Shown here in pieces: positions 46,081 through 46,716 of a stretch of 46,716 bases of DNA (the stretch's first letter is position 1; each line of letters starts with the position of its first letter). Source of the DNA: a phage; the NCBI GenBank assembly GCA_018580065.1, contig GCA_018580065.1_4845.1, one strand, 5' to 3'. A program made the translations under genes and the position numbers. Under the pieces are notes generated by a model. That model did not search any database. It saw only the letters and a list, made by a program, of their open reading frames with translations, and had not been told where the DNA came from.

Positions 46081-46716
46081 TATGTATTCCTCGCTTTTTT
46101 CGCTTTGCGTTCAGCCAGTGCCTTCATGCGCTCACGGTCTGCTTTAGCCTGATCGTACTCTGCCGCGCGCTCTTCTTTCGTTAACCCTTTCGGCTCTGGA
46201 TATTTATTCTTAATCATCATCTGAAACTCTGTCATGGACAGGTTTTCTGCCTCATCGCGCGTCATGTCGAAATGCGTGCGTGCTGAGATAATGTATTGCG
46301 ACGCATGAAACTCATTTGTGGTTTTCTTGCCCTGCTCTTCCAGACGCTCAGGTACTTTGAGTGGTGACTTGCCAATGATGCCATGCTGCATCAGGTTGCG
46401 CGCAATAATAATAATGTCGCTCACTGGCATGATGCCGGGAACGTATCGCACGCCGCGCGGCGTTGGCTTCCAGCCACCAATCAGCACAGAAATATCATCT
46501 TCACAGCATGACTGCATTACGATATAGGCCGCACTCAGTACATGGCGACCATACACTGGTTTGCTGATTGTCTTCATAACCTGCATCTGCGCGCCAAATG
46601 GCAGGTATTCGACGTGCTGCAGCGGCGCAACATAATCAATGCCATTGAGCTTAGCGTATACCTCAACGATTTCCTTTGGTGTGCCAATTTCATTCATTGC
46701 GCGAAATGATGGCTTG
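46080..46716 (-). CDS. tail assembly chaperone (putative); ORF open to window end
   Basis: Directly upstream of the tape measure gene (TAATG overlap). The reading frame stays open from 46697 to 46716 and matches the frame of 71..1 if the sequence is circular. Confidence 0.6.
   Translation of the reverse strand, partial: KPSFRAMNEIGTPKEIVEVYAKLNGIDYVAPLQHVEYLPFGAQMQVMKTISKPVYGRHVLSAAYIVMQSCCEDDISVLIGGWKPTPRGVRYVPGIMPVSDIIIIARNLMQHGIIGKSPLKVPERLEEQGKKTTNEFHASQYIISARTHFDMTRDEAENLSMTEFQMMIKNKYPEPKGLTKEERAAEYDQAKADRERMKALAERKAKKARNT

Overview
The window reads as a complete or near-complete, circularly permuted ~46.7-kb genome of a tailed siphovirus-type phage of enterobacteria. No integrase or CI-type repressor is seen, so it is probably virulent. 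Enterobacterial affinity rests on a lambda R-like endolysin, E. coli DnaN- and SSB-like motifs and sigma70-type promoters.

Minus strand:
- Packaging and head genes: TerS, TerL, portal, MuF-like protein, protease/scaffold, decoration protein, major capsid.
- Head-tail connector genes, major tail protein, tail chaperone and tape measure.
- A lambda-like tip (M, L, K, I-J fusion) and a pectate-lyase-type tailspike.
- A lysis cassette and two operons of tiny early genes.

Plus strand:
- A replication/recombination module: iteron-rich putative origin, Prim-Pol/helicase, Sak4-like ATPase, Gp157-like protein, DUF669 SSB-like protein, SF2 helicase, VRR-NUC.
- Several accessory islands.

Four free-standing homing-endonuclease genes are present.

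Most notable observations:
1. An autonomous antisense unit made of a promoter, a ~430-nt ORF-less structured leader, a tRNA(CAU) and a terminator.
2. A 178-aa truncated beta-clamp (DnaN) homolog. It keeps the clamp-binding-pocket residues but lacks domain I.
3. A VRR-NUC gene whose TAG stop is followed in frame by a Q/P-rich linker and a canonical SSB C-terminal tip.
4. Two distinct promoter architectures. One carries a recurrent 11-nt motif TGAYGTAGAWW, seen 16 times, all intergenic. The other is an extended -10 GTGATAnAAT class in front of the late genes.
5. A GCTTCCC/GGGAAGC iteron array.
6. A superinfection-exclusion-like moron between the major tail and chaperone genes.
7. An internally deleted GH24 lysozyme relic next to the functional endolysin.

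All functional calls come from reading motifs by eye. No database search was run.
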